A stretch of 64,000 nucleotides of DNA from contig OZ025787.1 in NCBI GenBank assembly GCA_964019425.1, positions 186,001 through 250,000 on the forward strand, in the 5' to 3' direction. The DNA comes from Flectonema sp. DT1601 (lineage: Eukaryota). Shown here in pieces: positions 25,935 to 38,411 of the stretch. The notes under the pieces were generated by a model. It made no database searches, was not told where the DNA came from, and worked only from the letters and a program-made list of their open reading frames with translations. A program made the position numbers and the translations under genes. Positions within the stretch are counted from its first letter, which is position 1, and the number at the start of each line of letters is the position of its first letter.

Positions 25935-26525
25935 CTAAGCACAAGGAGGATAAAGAGAGGAGGCATTCGGAACACACTGATCACTAAGGACCTGTTGCTG
26001 ATAGAGATTACAGAACGTATTATTTTTAGTCTGCAAGAATGTAGCAATAGCCGACTGAGCAACACCTTCTGAATAAGAATAAATTATATCGACGAGTCCG
26101 TCACCGTTAATGTCACTGAGAAGACCGTGTTGAACAGATCCAAATGTCTGCGGGTAGTAAGCATTCAGTGCGCAAGGTGGAATTAAAAGAGAACTCTTAT
26201 TACAAGGTTTAATTAGTTCCGGAGCATTTTCCAAACAAGATCCAACTATCCTTCCCCATGTTTCATAAAAACCACCATCTGGTACTTGACCTGAGATGCA
26301 ATACCCACCAGTGACTCCCAAGAACACTGCCGAGGCTGTTTCTTGACCCTGTTGGCTTCCTCTAGAGAAGCTGTAGATGATGTCTTGTTTACCATCACCG
26401 TTGAGGTCGATTATATGACCAGCAGATCCCCCAACCTGTGAACCTGGAAACAATGGACAAGGTACCACATAGGCCATTGAGGCGGGGCCAACAGATAATA
26501 CTGCTACTAAGGTTGTTAATATCAT
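25935..26525 (-). CDS. Secreted FG-GAP/VCBS-like repeat protein
   Basis: Signal-peptide-like N-terminus; two DxNGDGxxDII Ca-binding motifs (DLNGDGKQDII, DINGDGLVDII). Confidence 0.8.
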   Translation of the reverse strand: MILTTLVAVLSVGPASMAYVVPCPLFPGSQVGGSAGHIIDLNGDGKQDIIYSFSRGSQQGQETASAVFLGVTGGYCISGQVPDGGFYETWGRIVGSCLENAPELIKPCNKSSLLIPPCALNAYYPQTFGSVQHGLLSDINGDGLVDIIYSYSEGVAQSAIATFLQTKNNTFCNLYQQQVLSDQCVPNASSLYPPCA

Positions 26526-26777
26526 TCTTCTATAAACCTGTTTTGTGTTGTGAGATGATAATAATTGCTAAACGATGTTAAAAAAACTATAACTTCGGAC
26601 TTTCAAGAACGTTGCAAACGATAGTCTCTTCGTGACAATGTCATTGCGGGTAGGTTTTCTTTTCAATCCAAGGCGTCGTTCGGAACGAAGAAACTTCTTT
26701 TTTTTTTTTTAATTGTTTTTTTTAAGCTCTTTCTTTTTTTTTAATTTTTTATTCGGTTGTCTTTTTTTTTTTTTTTT

Positions 26778-26847
26778 TCGATCAACTAAATGTAAGGCTC
26801 ATCTGAATGGTTTGAAAAACACCGACTTCGTCGGTGCAAAGAAAAAA
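26778..26847 (+). mobile_element. Family A end fragment with perfect 7-bp hairpin
   Basis: TCGATCAAC...TAAGGCTCATCTGAATGGTTT matches 39270-39312 and is followed by CACCGAC-TTC-GTCGGTG (26820-26836) and an A-rich tail. Confidence 0.6.
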
Positions 26848-27176
26848 TTCCAGTTTTCGAAAGGTCATCCTCAGTAAGCCAACTTAGCAATTGGAGAAAC
26901 CATTGCGGGGTAAGAATCAGCATTGTTGATAGTGAACTAGTCTGAGTTTGCCTTTTCAATATTTCTTTATTTTTTTTTTTAATACTAATTTCACTCATTT
27001 TTTTATTTTGTTTTTTTTTTCTAAGTGCAGCTCCATTGCATAACTACTTTCGGTTCGGTCGATAAAACCGCACAAAGAATGACGAACAAAAAGATGTTTT
27101 AACATGCCATTCAACAGAATCAACGAGATACTCATTGAATCTGAATGTGGCTTTAAAAAGTTTTGTATTTCGAATC

Positions 27177-28525
<1,349 letters not shown>

Positions 28526-28624
28526 CTAACATAAGTAATATCAGTTTATCTTTTTCTTTTTTTCTTCTTTCTTTCTTGTTTTTTTTTTTTTTTTATATAG
28601 AGAGAGCCTCAAACAGTAATCATC

Positions 28625-31159
28625 CTAACCCAAGTGCGTCATAATTGGACCAGGTGGATTCCAATCGGGCATGGCATTTGAAACACGATTACTTCTATAG
28701 GCTTCAGAGAGGGGATTAAAACCATCAGTTAGTTGATTCAAACCAGAAGAACCACCACCAGGAACCGTTGCTTGCATAAGCGGTGACGGTTTTGCTGTTA
28801 CTGGTGTGTGAGGGCGGCTTTCAAATAATATTTTAGAATGACCCGCCGCCGGTGTTGATGCAGGCGGCTGTTCTAATCCACCAGTCAATTTACAAAGCTC
28901 CTTCCATGCAGCGCTATTCACACTGCCGGTATCACTACCCCTACGGAGGTTGTTGTTGGGGTTTGGTTCATGTTTTTGTTGTAAAAATGGAGTGGCTGGA
29001 CCATCTCTCATAAAACTCTTGTCACGATTAATCAACTCCAATGCAGCTGTGATGTTACTACCGATATGTAAATTATTATAATCATTGTGACTAACAGACG
29101 TATCAAGTCTAGTTTGACCTAAAAAGGCTGGACTTGGTGTTGACTGATGACCACTCATACTGCGATGCTCTTCAAGTATCGAAGCAGCATTTCGAAATGC
29201 TGGTATTGGAGGAGGTTGTGAATAGTTAGAATCAACCGTATCACTTGGCCCTACTTGATTTGAGAATGAACGATTATTGTGTGTATTCATGAATGGAGGT
29301 GGAAGCTCACCTCCTAAACCACTGCTATCAATGGTCGTATCGAGTTGACTTAACTTCCTCTGTGGTACTGGTGCAACAACTGGAACAAAACCAAGCCTTG
29401 GAAGGACATCATTCGGAGTAAATGTTCTATTAGAAGAAATCCTTGAAGGAACTGCGCACTGATACGACTGTACAATCTGATGAAAGGCAATCGGTTCTTG
29501 TTTTAGCAATTCTAAGAACGGTACGGTGTCGGTGTGAAATAAATAAACATCAGCGGGAACAGGAAAAGCTTCACGCTGTGCATTGTCCCACACAATTGAA
29601 CCATCACTTGATAATGTCAGACGATACGGAAGATCAATGACACCAACAGAATGAGGTATCGCACAGTCAGCTATAATATTAAGTCTTACACCAAATGGTA
29701 ATCTAGATATTTGAGAAAGAAACGTATCACTTCTAATCACTCCTGTGATCCCGCAATCACTTGGAAGGAAGCATCCAACACCATCACCAATAGCTGCGCC
29801 ATGACCTTTCAAATAAAGCAACAGTTGATCACCAGGTCTTGCATTAGCTACCAACCAATCTAAAGCAGATAAAATATTACTCCTCGTTGGAGGTACTTCT
29901 ATCCTATCATCAGACAGTACTCTCATATTATTAGGTCCTAGTCCTGAAGAAGTCATAACTTCCTTCATACTGGATACGTCAAAGGTTCCAGTGTATAAAG
30001 GAGAGAAGACTCCTATTTTATTATTAACTTCGTCGATTGCTGTGAAGTGATCGCCATTTTTTTGGTATGAAACTCCAACCAAAAGGGCTTTCGTGGGAGT
30101 GAAGATTTTAACGGGTTCTTGTTGCTGTGGTGGCGGTGGTTGCATGTGCTGCAATTGCTGTGGCTGAACTTGATGTAAATCTTGCGACCGATACAAGTGA
30201 GACTGCTCCTGTGGCTGTCGGCTCTGCTGAACAGGATGAGCCTGCGAAGGAGTCTGCTGAAATTGTTGTTGCAGTTGCTGTAGTTGAACTTGTTGCTGCT
30301 GTTGAGTTTTATTCATTTGCAGAGTTGTTTCTAATTTATGTTTGTAAGCATCGCGTTCTTCTCTAAGAGATTTAATCTCACTATTCGCATGAATAAGATC
30401 ACCTTCAGTCATAAAGATTTCCTTCTTAAGCTTCTCACACTCATGTGACATTGTAACCCCCACCCTCCTGGATGTGTCAACCTCAGAAGCTGCTTTCTGA
30501 AGTTCGTACCAAAGGTATTGAACAGTCTCATGAGAAACAGCAGCACTCTGAGCAGGAGTTGGTTGTATAATTTCATTAGTTCTGTTTATTGTTGTGATGG
30601 GATCTATAGGTGCGATGATATCATTTTTAGGTGTCAGTCGATTACTTCTCCTTCCAGCATGTAAAGGACAAGTCTCACCGAGTTCACATTGGGAATTTAA
30701 ATCGTCGATATGTGAATTTCTACACAACGGAGCAGAGCAGAGCCCTTGAATCCCAAGACAACATAAAAGACGTTGTTGAGGAACAGCAACTTGCTGTGAT
30801 TTAAAAGGATGTAAACTCTGAACTGATAAAGCTGGAATCACACTACTGTGAGCTGGGGGAACAGGAGGAGGTGACGCAGCAGAGATATCAATTTCCGTTG
30901 GAGGAGGGATCGACACACTCATCGCATCCTCAGAGTGGACATAACGCTTCTCAGACATGTCAGGTAGTTTCCATACTTTCATTCCGTCATGTGCGTTAAC
31001 ATAGAAAGATCTCCCGATCTTATCTCTTTTAAACTTCCAAACACATTCCATATCTGTGATACTCTTTCCTTGCAACACAGCAAAATACTTCCTCTCAATA
31101 CGAACAACGTCGTATCTACTGCTGCCTACTTCGATAACTGAACCTTCGCCGATCGACAT
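28625..31159 (-). CDS. Multidomain metacaspase-like (peptidase C14) protein with WW domain, Cys/His finger, coiled coil and Q-rich region
   Basis: KALLVGVSY, PTRSNILSALDWLVANARPGDQLLLYLKGHG, LPFGVRLNIIADC, IDLPY are metacaspase hallmarks. WW-like WKFKRDKIGRSFYVNAHDGMKVWKLP near the N-terminus. Confidence 0.85.
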   Translation of the reverse strand: MSIGEGSVIEVGSSRYDVVRIERKYFAVLQGKSITDMECVWKFKRDKIGRSFYVNAHDGMKVWKLPDMSEKRYVHSEDAMSVSIPPPTEIDISAASPPPVPPAHSSVIPALSVQSLHPFKSQQVAVPQQRLLCCLGIQGLCSAPLCRNSHIDDLNSQCELGETCPLHAGRRSNRLTPKNDIIAPIDPITTINRTNEIIQPTPAQSAAVSHETVQYLWYELQKAASEVDTSRRVGVTMSHECEKLKKEIFMTEGDLIHANSEIKSLREERDAYKHKLETTLQMNKTQQQQQVQLQQLQQQFQQTPSQAHPVQQSRQPQEQSHLYRSQDLHQVQPQQLQHMQPPPPQQQEPVKIFTPTKALLVGVSYQKNGDHFTAIDEVNNKIGVFSPLYTGTFDVSSMKEVMTSSGLGPNNMRVLSDDRIEVPPTRSNILSALDWLVANARPGDQLLLYLKGHGAAIGDGVGCFLPSDCGITGVIRSDTFLSQISRLPFGVRLNIIADCAIPHSVGVIDLPYRLTLSSDGSIVWDNAQREAFPVPADVYLFHTDTVPFLELLKQEPIAFHQIVQSYQCAVPSRISSNRTFTPNDVLPRLGFVPVVAPVPQRKLSQLDTTIDSSGLGGELPPPFMNTHNNRSFSNQVGPSDTVDSNYSQPPPIPAFRNAASILEEHRSMSGHQSTPSPAFLGQTRLDTSVSHNDYNNLHIGSNITAALELINRDKSFMRDGPATPFLQQKHEPNPNNNLRRGSDTGSVNSAAWKELCKLTGGLEQPPASTPAAGHSKILFESRPHTPVTAKPSPLMQATVPGGGSSGLNQLTDGFNPLSEAYRSNRVSNAMPDWNPPGPIMTHLG

Positions 31160-31444
31160 GGTGGGGGTGATTATTTTTGTACCATCAACGTAGAGCTGTG
31201 AAGGGAATAAAGAACATAATAGTAAGAAGGGTTTAATGAAAATGATTTTAAAAAAAAAAAAAAACTGTATTGATCGTCATTTTGTTATGTTATTCGGAGC
31301 TTTTGGAAGAAAAAAAAAAAAAGAGAATTCGTAATCAGAACACACGAGAATGTATCATTGACAACCAAACAAACATACTAAACCATAACCAAAATAAATA
31401 AGGGTTCAAAGAAGGCTATAAACTATTCTTGATTCAATTACCTC

Positions 31445-31493
<49 letters not shown>

Positions 31494-32091
31494 ATCCGAC
31501 AAAAATGAATATCTCTTGATACAGGAAACTCATCTGCTGTGTTTTTTTTTAGTACCGAAAAGCAGAGAAAGGAATTACCACTTCATTCCCATAGTAAAAT
31601 GAGAAGTTAAAAAAACAGCGGCAGGCTGGATGAAAATCTCGAATTTTTTTCAAAATGGTATTATATTCCAAAAAAAAAAAAATGTATGCAGCTAGTGATA
31701 TTTCCGGATCTCCTCAAAAATGTGTTTCCATCCGAAGCTACGTTAAGCAGAATATGAAATATAATTTTCCGCCATCACTCAGTACAGAAGTATGAGTGAC
31801 TAATTGTTTCAGTAAAAAAAATAAAAAAAAAACAATAATAATATAAGTATGAGTATTGCAGGTACCGAGTGTTCCTATTGCTTAGCAGAGTTCACGATCA
31901 CAAAAGGTTTAAACTCAACCCAGTAATACGAAACCTGCAGTGATTGCTAAGTAAACAAAGAGTTCATAATCCCAACCACCGACTGATTTTTCATAAAACA
32001 AATTGTTGCAAAGCAGACTATATCGATAATTTAACTACGCAGATAGCACATGATTTTTTTGTTTTCAGAATAGTGCACTAAATCAAGAAGT

Positions 32092-32122
<31 letters not shown>

Positions 32123-32812
32123 TCTAAGAAAAGAAAACCACATCACTCTGCTGTTCCATAAAACACTGTGGAATACGTATTTTCATACTACCCAAGTTCT
32201 GCAAATGGTCTTACTGTTATACTCAACCTAGTAATAAGCACATAAGGTGTGGCTGTCCACAAAGAGTTCACAGCTCCCAACTGATGCTGATTTCGCAAAA
32301 TAAATTGCTGCTAAGCAGACAATACCAATAGTTATACAATTTGGGTATTTCCCTTTGAAAAAAACGGGGGCGGTGAGAACACAACGAAAAACGAGTACTT
32401 TCACCCGATTAGTTTTTAGTAAGAATACAAAAAGAATAAAAAAAGAAATGGAACAACAAATCATGGCAGCGGCTCCGAGAGCGATTCAAGAAATAAAGGA
32501 TGAAAAATAAACTACCAGAAATAAGAGAGTCAGGGGGGGTCTACGCGAGTCGTCATATCCTTCTTTAAGTAAGAAAAAAAAGTAAGGAAAAGAACAAAAA
32601 AAAAAAAAAAAAAAAATACTATTCCCATAGAACAGTTAAGGGTAAGCTGAAGAGAAAACAGGCTATTCCGAAAAGACAGCTGTGATCACCCCATCATATG
32701 ACCACCATATCATTTGTGCAAGAGATTTATTTACTACAAAGGAAGTGAACCCAATCAGAAGGTATTATCCGATTATGATATTTCAGTGTCAAGTCTTAAT
32801 GTTCTCAGAAGA

Positions 32813-33475
32813 TTATCCACATGGACCTTTTCGAGGAATGTTATGAGAAACACCACAAGCTTCAGCTAGCTGCGACAGTCTCCAAGCAACAGCAGACGCA
32901 GAGAGATATCCGAGTCCACTAATAGGAAGCCATGCACGACTTGTTATTCCCAAGTCAGGATCATATATAGTAGGAGGTTCACTTGAATAAGTTATGTTTG
33001 ATACTACTCTAGACTTTGATTCAACTCCTTTTATTATTATTGAATGACGAAGTACTCCACTTACTGCTTCGTATTTTACTTTATAACCGGTTCGTCTTTC
33101 GTCAGGAAAGGTAACATTCGCTGATGTTATGGGGAATAGGTCTTTTGCTGGTACGCTTACTTCTGATTTTTTTGTATCGCTGTTTGTGATTGGTAGGAGG
33201 ACGTCGATTAAATCGCAGCCTTCCCACCATCCGAGACTTCCTTTTTTGTTGTTGACAATGCCACACAGTGCTGCACCTGTTTCATCTATCCATTTAACAG
33301 GCTGTCCATTTCCATAACCAGTTTCTAAGAACAGATCTCTATAGTCTTCCAGTTTTCCTGAGAAATATCTGTACTCTGGTCGGCTTGACTTTCCAACGCA
33401 TGTTCCACACTTATAACCACTTCTTCTTTCTTTACCAGTCACATCATAGCATCCACATACTACACATTGTCTCAT
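32813..33475 (-). CDS. Hypothetical protein with N-terminal CxxC-x(n)-CxxC zinc ribbon
   Basis: 220-aa complex ORF; CVVC...CGTC; U-rich AG upstream of the ATG. Confidence 0.7.
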   Translation of the reverse strand: MRQCVVCGCYDVTGKERRSGYKCGTCVGKSSRPEYRYFSGKLEDYRDLFLETGYGNGQPVKWIDETGAALCGIVNNKKGSLGWWEGCDLIDVLLPITNSDTKKSEVSVPAKDLFPITSANVTFPDERRTGYKVKYEAVSGVLRHSIIIKGVESKSRVVSNITYSSEPPTIYDPDLGITSRAWLPISGLGYLSASAVAWRLSQLAEACGVSHNIPRKGPCG

Positions 33476-33638
33476 TGTAGATTGTCTGGAGTGTAATAAA
33501 AGAAATTCAAATAATATGAATTACATTATAAAAAAAAAACAACAATCGCATCTACTGATTTCAGTATGTTCTTATGATGCTGTTATGGAGTTAATACAAA
33601 CAATCATCGGAAGGGGTTAAGAGAAGAGCTTTCTTGTC

Positions 33639-33640
<2 letters not shown>

Positions 33641-33672
<32 letters not shown>
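33641..33672. repeat. (TTA)n microsatellite
   Basis: About 10 perfect units. Confidence 0.9.
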
Positions 33673-33807
33673 TTCTTTTTCTTACTTTCTTTTTCGCAGG
33701 TAAAATCTGTTTACTACTTTGTGAAGGTGTTAAGGGCAAGATGAACCGTTGAGTATCTCTAAGAGAAACAATATATAAAAAAAAGAAGGGGAAAAAAAGA
33801 AAAAAAA

Positions 33808-33955
33808 GATCATTTCAGATAAATCCTAATATATTTTGTTGATCGAAGACAGTAATATTAACGGCACAGGGAAATAGATAACATTTTGACCATAATAAAT
33901 AAAAGGATCTTAAATCTGAGTAGTTTCTTTCTCCGACTTCGTTGGTGCAAAAAAA
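33808..33955 (+). mobile_element. Short fold-back MITE-like element, family A copy 1
   Basis: About 150 bp closely similar to the reverse complement of 39165-39314 (e.g. GTTGATCGAAGACAGTA...CGGCACAGGGAAATAGATAACATTTTGAC); ends in CCGACTTCGTTGGTGC plus an A-run. Confidence 0.7.
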
Positions 33956-35340
33956 GAAAATTTCAATTCAAGATGCATCAGAACTGACAGAAGGAGAGAG
34001 AAAAAAAACTTGACCACCGGGAATCGAACACAAAGAAAAGGAAAAGATTCCATACTTGTGAAAAGAATTTGTGCGCCATGACAATTAATTTATAAAATCG
34101 GGTGATTTTGTGCACACGGTAAAAGTAATCTTAACCCTTCAGCTCAGCTATGACTACAATATAGGACGCTTTCTACAAAATTAGAATCTCTGTGGTACGT
34201 AAATCCATTTAGTTTACTACTACGTCCATTAAAGACGAGTATTTCTGACCAGGTCACTGTATCTTATCAATCACTAGAATCATAGAAGATGACCTTTTCC
34301 AGGTTCTATACTTTGCTACATTAAGTGTGTTCAGCCGAGCAGACTCGGTGCGTGTGCAGCGAGTGTGGCCGAAACACAAGCCGAACATGAGCTTGCGACT
34401 TGCGAAGAGATTATTCTGGGGACTCTCACCTGATGAAAGGACATCAGTCAAGGTAATGAACCTTGTTCATGAGTTACTACAAATATATGAATTTCTCCTA
34501 CAGCTTTTCATTCCATTCAAAAAGGGAGTCGGGGCTCATAACAAGATTCGAGATTGTTAGGCTTTCTTGGCTGCACTAACTCCTCCCTCATTAGAAGTCT
34601 CACTCTCCCCATTTGATCTTTTCCTCATCTAATAGACTTACTATTATAACTTCAAAAAAAAAAAAAAAAAAGAATTTCACAAGTGTGTACTGAACAGTGT
34701 TTTCGCGTCACAAAATAATAATAATAATAATTATGTAGTTAGTATTAATGGGTATCAGTTAATTAAAAAAACAAACAAAATTTCAATCAAATGCAAAAAA
34801 TCGTAAGAACAACAAACAAATAATGGTTTCGGGCTAAGATTAAAAAACCTTTCTTCGGTGTTTGCCCTTCTCAGCAAAGGGGTCACGTCAACGGTTATTT
34901 CTTTTACGATTTAATAATTATGATAGTTAGATTATTAAAGCAATTTAATAGAGGAGGTAAATTCTATTTTTTTTTTTTTTCGAAGAACTTAATATTCCTA
35001 GTAGACAAACGGAAGGGGGAAAAAAAAAGAGGGGAAAAAAAAGGTAGGTCATAGGCATAATTATAACAACTACACAGAAAAGCAGACCCCGTCACGGTTA
35101 TTAAGAACGGGGCGCGAGTTAACTGGGGAAAATAATAAAGTTACACATCTAAGTCGAAAGTAACATTAAAGTGGGTCGGGCTGAAGTGCTTATCAAGCAA
35201 GTTCAAATCTCTAACATATTAATCAGACCTTTCAGTGTAATAAAATAAAAAAAAAAGAGGAAGAAAAAAAGATTTTAATTTTGCTAACAAAGCCTGTAAA
35301 AGCAAAGGAAAATAAAATTTTACTTTTTTTTAGATTCGGG

Positions 35341-35372
<32 letters not shown>

Positions 35373-35480
35373 ACGATAAAATTATATTATAGTTTTTAGT
35401 CCTATTTTTGCCATGTGATGGCTCACTCATTCCTTACCACGCGTACTTGGAAGTCAAGACGAGTTGGAGCGTTTCCTATA

Positions 35481-37406
35481 CTAAGGGTGTTTTTGACCTT
35501 TGCTGCCTTTTATTTTCTGCCCAACAATTGAACTGCGCTGAATAGGAGGCGCAGTAACTTGATGAAGGTACCGAAATATTGTCGGTGCTATCTGTCCTGC
35601 AAGCAAACGAAGACCATCTCTACTGGGGCGAATACCACTCGGAAATAATGTCTCTTGAAAACTACTGTGAGTCTCAACAATGTATTCTGATTGTGTTGTA
35701 GCATTTCTAACCAGTGATGGTAAGATATTATTCGCGAGGGTTGCGTTTATTCCAAACTTTAAAAGATCAACTCCCGGGAAAACAGGAAAAGGAATGATCG
35801 GGATGACGTAAGCTGGTTTTTCAGAATTAGTGGAAGGCAACCTTTTAACTAATTCTTCATACTTTTGAATGAACGTATCAGAGTCTTTGTCTTGATCGAA
35901 TCCATTTCGCATATCCATATGCCCGACGTGTAATAATATTATATTTGGATTTATTGCATCAAGACTTTTCCAAATAGATGAAATATTTCCAATCTCACGA
36001 AACTCCAAAGGAACCGATTCAAATTCATGACTCTCACGTGTCGCAACAGTCGCACAATCTGAATGCACTGAGTGAACAGTTACTTGATTCGGATAGTGTT
36101 TTGCTAACAATTCTCTCAGTCTATATTGAAGCGTCTTTTTTAACGGTACTCCATTTCCTCCTATTGCCAAATCACCAACTAAAGCAATGTGAAGGTGACC
36201 TGCATTTCTATTCATGTAATGTATTAGAGGTCCTTGTGGTAAACTTCTCTCAGTAATTGTGATATTTAATAGTAAAGAAACATAACGTCCAATAATACGT
36301 CTTTTTCCTTCGTCGGAAGGATGTATGCCGTCTAAACGCATTAGTTTATCTCTTTTCCATTTATTTAAGGGAACTCCACCGAATATGTCATTAAATAGGT
36401 CAACTATGCCTATTTGAGTTCCTTCCTGATTTAATTCCGTGACAACTTCTTTTATTATACCCGGGATTACATTATTTATTATCGATTCATTCATGGTGTG
36501 CTCTCCAATCGAGAACATAGGCGGTGATATTACGGCATAGATCTTTTTAGGGGGAGGTGAAAGCCCTTGAATTCTAGCAAGCATTGCTTTGTAATTGTGT
36601 TTAAAAACTTCTTCTCCTTTCCAATTGGAATATTTTGCATCGTTGTGGCCGAATTGAAAAAAAATAACTGTACTGTTGTAAGCATGCAAGTGTATCCAGG
36701 CACTGGTGTTTTTGAAAGGTTGATCACCAGTACCGACACTGCCCCCTTGCCTGCCGTAGTTTCGGACGACATATCGAGTTTGAAGCTGCTCAGGAGTCAT
36801 TCTAGAACGTTGTTTTATTATGGTTTTTAAAATTCGATCTTGTAAGTTTTCAGTTATTGAATCTCCCAAACAAGTAATCGTCATCACAGGACTAGGTGGT
36901 TTTCCAGGCTGCTGAGTATCGGGTTCTGGTGTGACGATCAGATCTTTATTTTCAAAATCTGATTCATTAATATGAACAACGTGATGATCAGCAGACAGAG
37001 GTGTGAGAGTAGCTACAATTTCTTTTCTATTCGATACTAAAGTTCTATCAACAGGATGTGATGATGATTGTGACCCACTAGTGTCACCATCAGGGATTGT
37101 TGAGGGTTGGTATGTCTTAGGCGATACTTTTATCAATTCATCTTCGGATAACTTCTTCTCAACTACTATCGTATCAACATTACTTCGGATTACATTTCTT
37201 ATTGAGGAACGTCTTCTTCGGGTTATTATTATCTTCTGGTCTGATTGAAGCATTCGGTGCATTTCAAAGTCGTCCATTTCGTCAACCTCTTTCTTCAGTT
37301 CCCTACCACGTATACTTCCGAAGTAATAAATATACATGGACATAACTGGAATCCACACTGTCGCCACAAGAAGTGCGCAAACCACGTACTGCCATCCTCT
37401 GCGCAT
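35481..37406 (-). CDS. Type II membrane protein with two SGNH/GDSL hydrolase domains
   Basis: N-terminal TM anchor. Domain 1: CLGDSIT, NYGRQG, FGHND, DGIHP. Domain 2: LVGDL, VGHMD, SGIRP. Confidence 0.85.
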   Translation of the reverse strand: MRRGWQYVVCALLVATVWIPVMSMYIYYFGSIRGRELKKEVDEMDDFEMHRMLQSDQKIIITRRRRSSIRNVIRSNVDTIVVEKKLSEDELIKVSPKTYQPSTIPDGDTSGSQSSSHPVDRTLVSNRKEIVATLTPLSADHHVVHINESDFENKDLIVTPEPDTQQPGKPPSPVMTITCLGDSITENLQDRILKTIIKQRSRMTPEQLQTRYVVRNYGRQGGSVGTGDQPFKNTSAWIHLHAYNSTVIFFQFGHNDAKYSNWKGEEVFKHNYKAMLARIQGLSPPPKKIYAVISPPMFSIGEHTMNESIINNVIPGIIKEVVTELNQEGTQIGIVDLFNDIFGGVPLNKWKRDKLMRLDGIHPSDEGKRRIIGRYVSLLLNITITERSLPQGPLIHYMNRNAGHLHIALVGDLAIGGNGVPLKKTLQYRLRELLAKHYPNQVTVHSVHSDCATVATRESHEFESVPLEFREIGNISSIWKSLDAINPNIILLHVGHMDMRNGFDQDKDSDTFIQKYEELVKRLPSTNSEKPAYVIPIIPFPVFPGVDLLKFGINATLANNILPSLVRNATTQSEYIVETHSSFQETLFPSGIRPSRDGLRLLAGQIAPTIFRYLHQVTAPPIQRSSIVGQKIKGSKGQKHP

Positions 37407-37487
37407 TACTTTGGATAACTGTGTTGTGAAAAAAAGAAAATAAATTATAAAAAAGGCAGGAATCGGGGGGAAAACTATAAAACAATT

Positions 37488-38411
37488 CTACGCAATATTG
37501 TTACGGGTATGCACCAAGTCCCTCCAAAATGGATGCAAGTCAATAATATCCGGAACGCTATTCACTGACACCTTGTTATTCTCAAGAGAGTCCATCAGCA
37601 TTGACAGCTCTTTGTTAAAACTCTTTGTTACAGAACCACCCTCTCGAATGTAAAGTGATACACAATTAGCTATAAAGGTGTGACTGTTACCAGGATCCGC
37701 AGCCTGGTATGCCTCAAAGAAGGTGGGGAGGTTATCCAGTTTGCTTATGTGAACGTAATTGCATATAAGATCAAAAATACTTTTAATTTGAGTAGAGTCC
37801 AGTAAACCTGACTCGAGCAAGATTATAGTCGAGAGTTTGATATACACGTGATCTGAGAAATCAGTAATTATTGATCTGTAGGTGTCGTAAACCTCTCGTT
37901 TTCTTCCTAACTTACAATAGAGTCGAAGTAGTTCTGTGTGGGTTCGAGCGTTGGGTAGAATTCTATTGTTGCTCATCAGTTCAACAACAATAATTACTTC
38001 AATAAGATTATCACCAGTACTACACAAAGCTCTTAAAGCTTCATTATATAATGTTGCTGATTTAAGATTGATTTGTTTGTCAGCAAGTTTTATTATTTTT
38101 ATAATCCATGATGATTGTACTTTTCCTCGAGACTTTCTAGCTAAGGAAAGCATCGCTGAGAATGTTCGAGGTCCGAACCAATCTTCTTCGTAATTTAAAT
38201 TCATCCAATGCATTAGTACACCTGAGTTAACGTTATTCTCGGAGGCTACACTCCTACGTCTTACCCAGGTTGATACTGAAGCGTCACCTTCACTTGTTGG
38301 GGGTGGAGGCCAATTTTTGTAGTTGGTGTCAGATAAAATAGATCCCTCGCATCGACGTTGTTGACGTACACATCTCAATGTGTTAAATATATGTGATCGA
38401 AAAGATATCAT
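37488..38411 (-). CDS. PPR-like helical-repeat protein, probably mitochondrial
   Basis: Arg-rich presequence-like N-terminus; PPR-like motifs RTFSAMLS, TLYNEALRALC...MSNNRILPNARTHTELLRLYCKLG. Confidence 0.65.
   Translation of the reverse strand: MISFRSHIFNTLRCVRQQRRCEGSILSDTNYKNWPPPPTSEGDASVSTWVRRRSVASENNVNSGVLMHWMNLNYEEDWFGPRTFSAMLSLARKSRGKVQSSWIIKIIKLADKQINLKSATLYNEALRALCSTGDNLIEVIIVVELMSNNRILPNARTHTELLRLYCKLGRKREVYDTYRSIITDFSDHVYIKLSTIILLESGLLDSTQIKSIFDLICNYVHISKLDNLPTFFEAYQAADPGNSHTFIANCVSLYIREGGSVTKSFNKELSMLMDSLENNKVSVNSVPDIIDLHPFWRDLVHTRNNIA

Noticed and set aside
26820..26837. Resemblance of CACCGACTTCGTCGGTGC to the terminal hairpin of Cas9 tracrRNA
   Set aside because: No cas, TnpB or Fanzor ORF and no repeat-spacer array in the window; the hairpin is explained as the end of a dispersed repeat.
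34001..34082. tRNA-like 3' end on the minus strand (GTTCGATTCCCGGTGGTCAAG followed by T8)
   Set aside because: A B-box-like motif is present, but the T-stem is mismatched and no acceptor, D or anticodon stems can be built. At most a decayed tRNA/SINE relic.
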